From Octopus vulgaris (lineage: Eukaryota), in the NCBI GenBank assembly GCA_951406725.2, contig OX597827.1:72230001-72294000 (forward strand): DNA of 64,000 nt, read 5' to 3'. Under the pieces are notes generated by a model. That model worked only from the letters and a program-made list of their open reading frames with translations, had not been told where the DNA came from and searched no databases. The position numbers were made by a program, and so were the translations under genes. Shown here piece by piece: positions 63,371 to 64,000 of this stretch (position 1 is its first letter; each line of letters starts with the position of its first letter).

Positions 63371-63805
63371 AATTGACTAATTAGTCAATTAAATATTTAA
63401 CCAATTGACTAACAATAAAGAAGTGATATTGAACCAGTGTTTGTGTTTATTATTATTGGCATAATGATACTCCCAAGGTACCACAATATCCATAGCTTAT
63501 TCTGCCATGTATTGAACCCTTTTGATACCAACCTGCTTGAAACTGCTCCTGGTTCTATGATACAAACTCTGTTTTGAAGTCTAAATTAAAACCTTCCATC
63601 AAAATTTCATTAATAATGAAATAATAATCAGCTTGATAATGAGAAAATTATTTCTCTGTATTCTTCATTATTTTTGGAATTAAGTGAAAAGAAAAATGTG
63701 TATTTTAATAAAAATATGATAATAAAAAGGATTAATAATGAAACCTACAATATGGATTAAAAGATTATAAATTACTGTAAGTTGATTTTTGAAATTCATA
63801 CAGTT

Positions 63806-64000
63806 TATCATCATCATCATCATCATTGCTTAACATCCACTTTCCATGCTAGCATGGGTTGGACGATTTGACTGAGGACTGGCGAACCAGATGGCTGCAC
63901 CAGGCTCCAATCTGATCTGGCAGAGTTTCTACAGCTGGTTGCCCTTCCTAATGCCAACCACTCCGAGAGTGTAGTGGGTGCTTTTACATGCCACCGGCAT
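63806..64000 (-). mobile_element. RTE-type 3' end running off the window
   Basis: (CAT)n followed by CCATGCTAGCATGGGTTGGACG..., reverse complement of the tail at 13755-13918. Confidence 0.8.

Overview
Repeat-rich, AT-rich animal genomic DNA; the SINE, LINE and microsatellite content points to a cephalopod, probably Octopus (inferred from repeat families). Three protein-coding genes are visible, two only by splicing exons by eye. (1) The last eight coding exons of huntingtin (HTT) on +, 2876-21014; the final intron is U12-type. (2) A divergent caspase on -, 30992-31945, with an intronless CDS, intact His/Cys dyad and an ~80-aa Glu/Lys-rich helical insertion in the catalytic domain. (3) The 3' exons of an SLP-76/BLNK-family SH2 adaptor on -, from about 61.7 kb down to the stop at 45615. 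The rest is SINEs, RTE and CR1 LINE fragments, a mariner relic, a Helitron, piggyBac- and hAT-type MITEs, two ~5 kb minisatellites and several long palindromes. The most notable non-coding signal is a set of minimal type I hammerhead ribozyme motifs. The best one (40055-40138) lies in a 438-bp partial tandem repeat with an inverted 5' segment, the layout of a Penelope pseudo-LTR or retrozyme. Nearly all long ORFs in the supplied track are artefacts of simple repeats.
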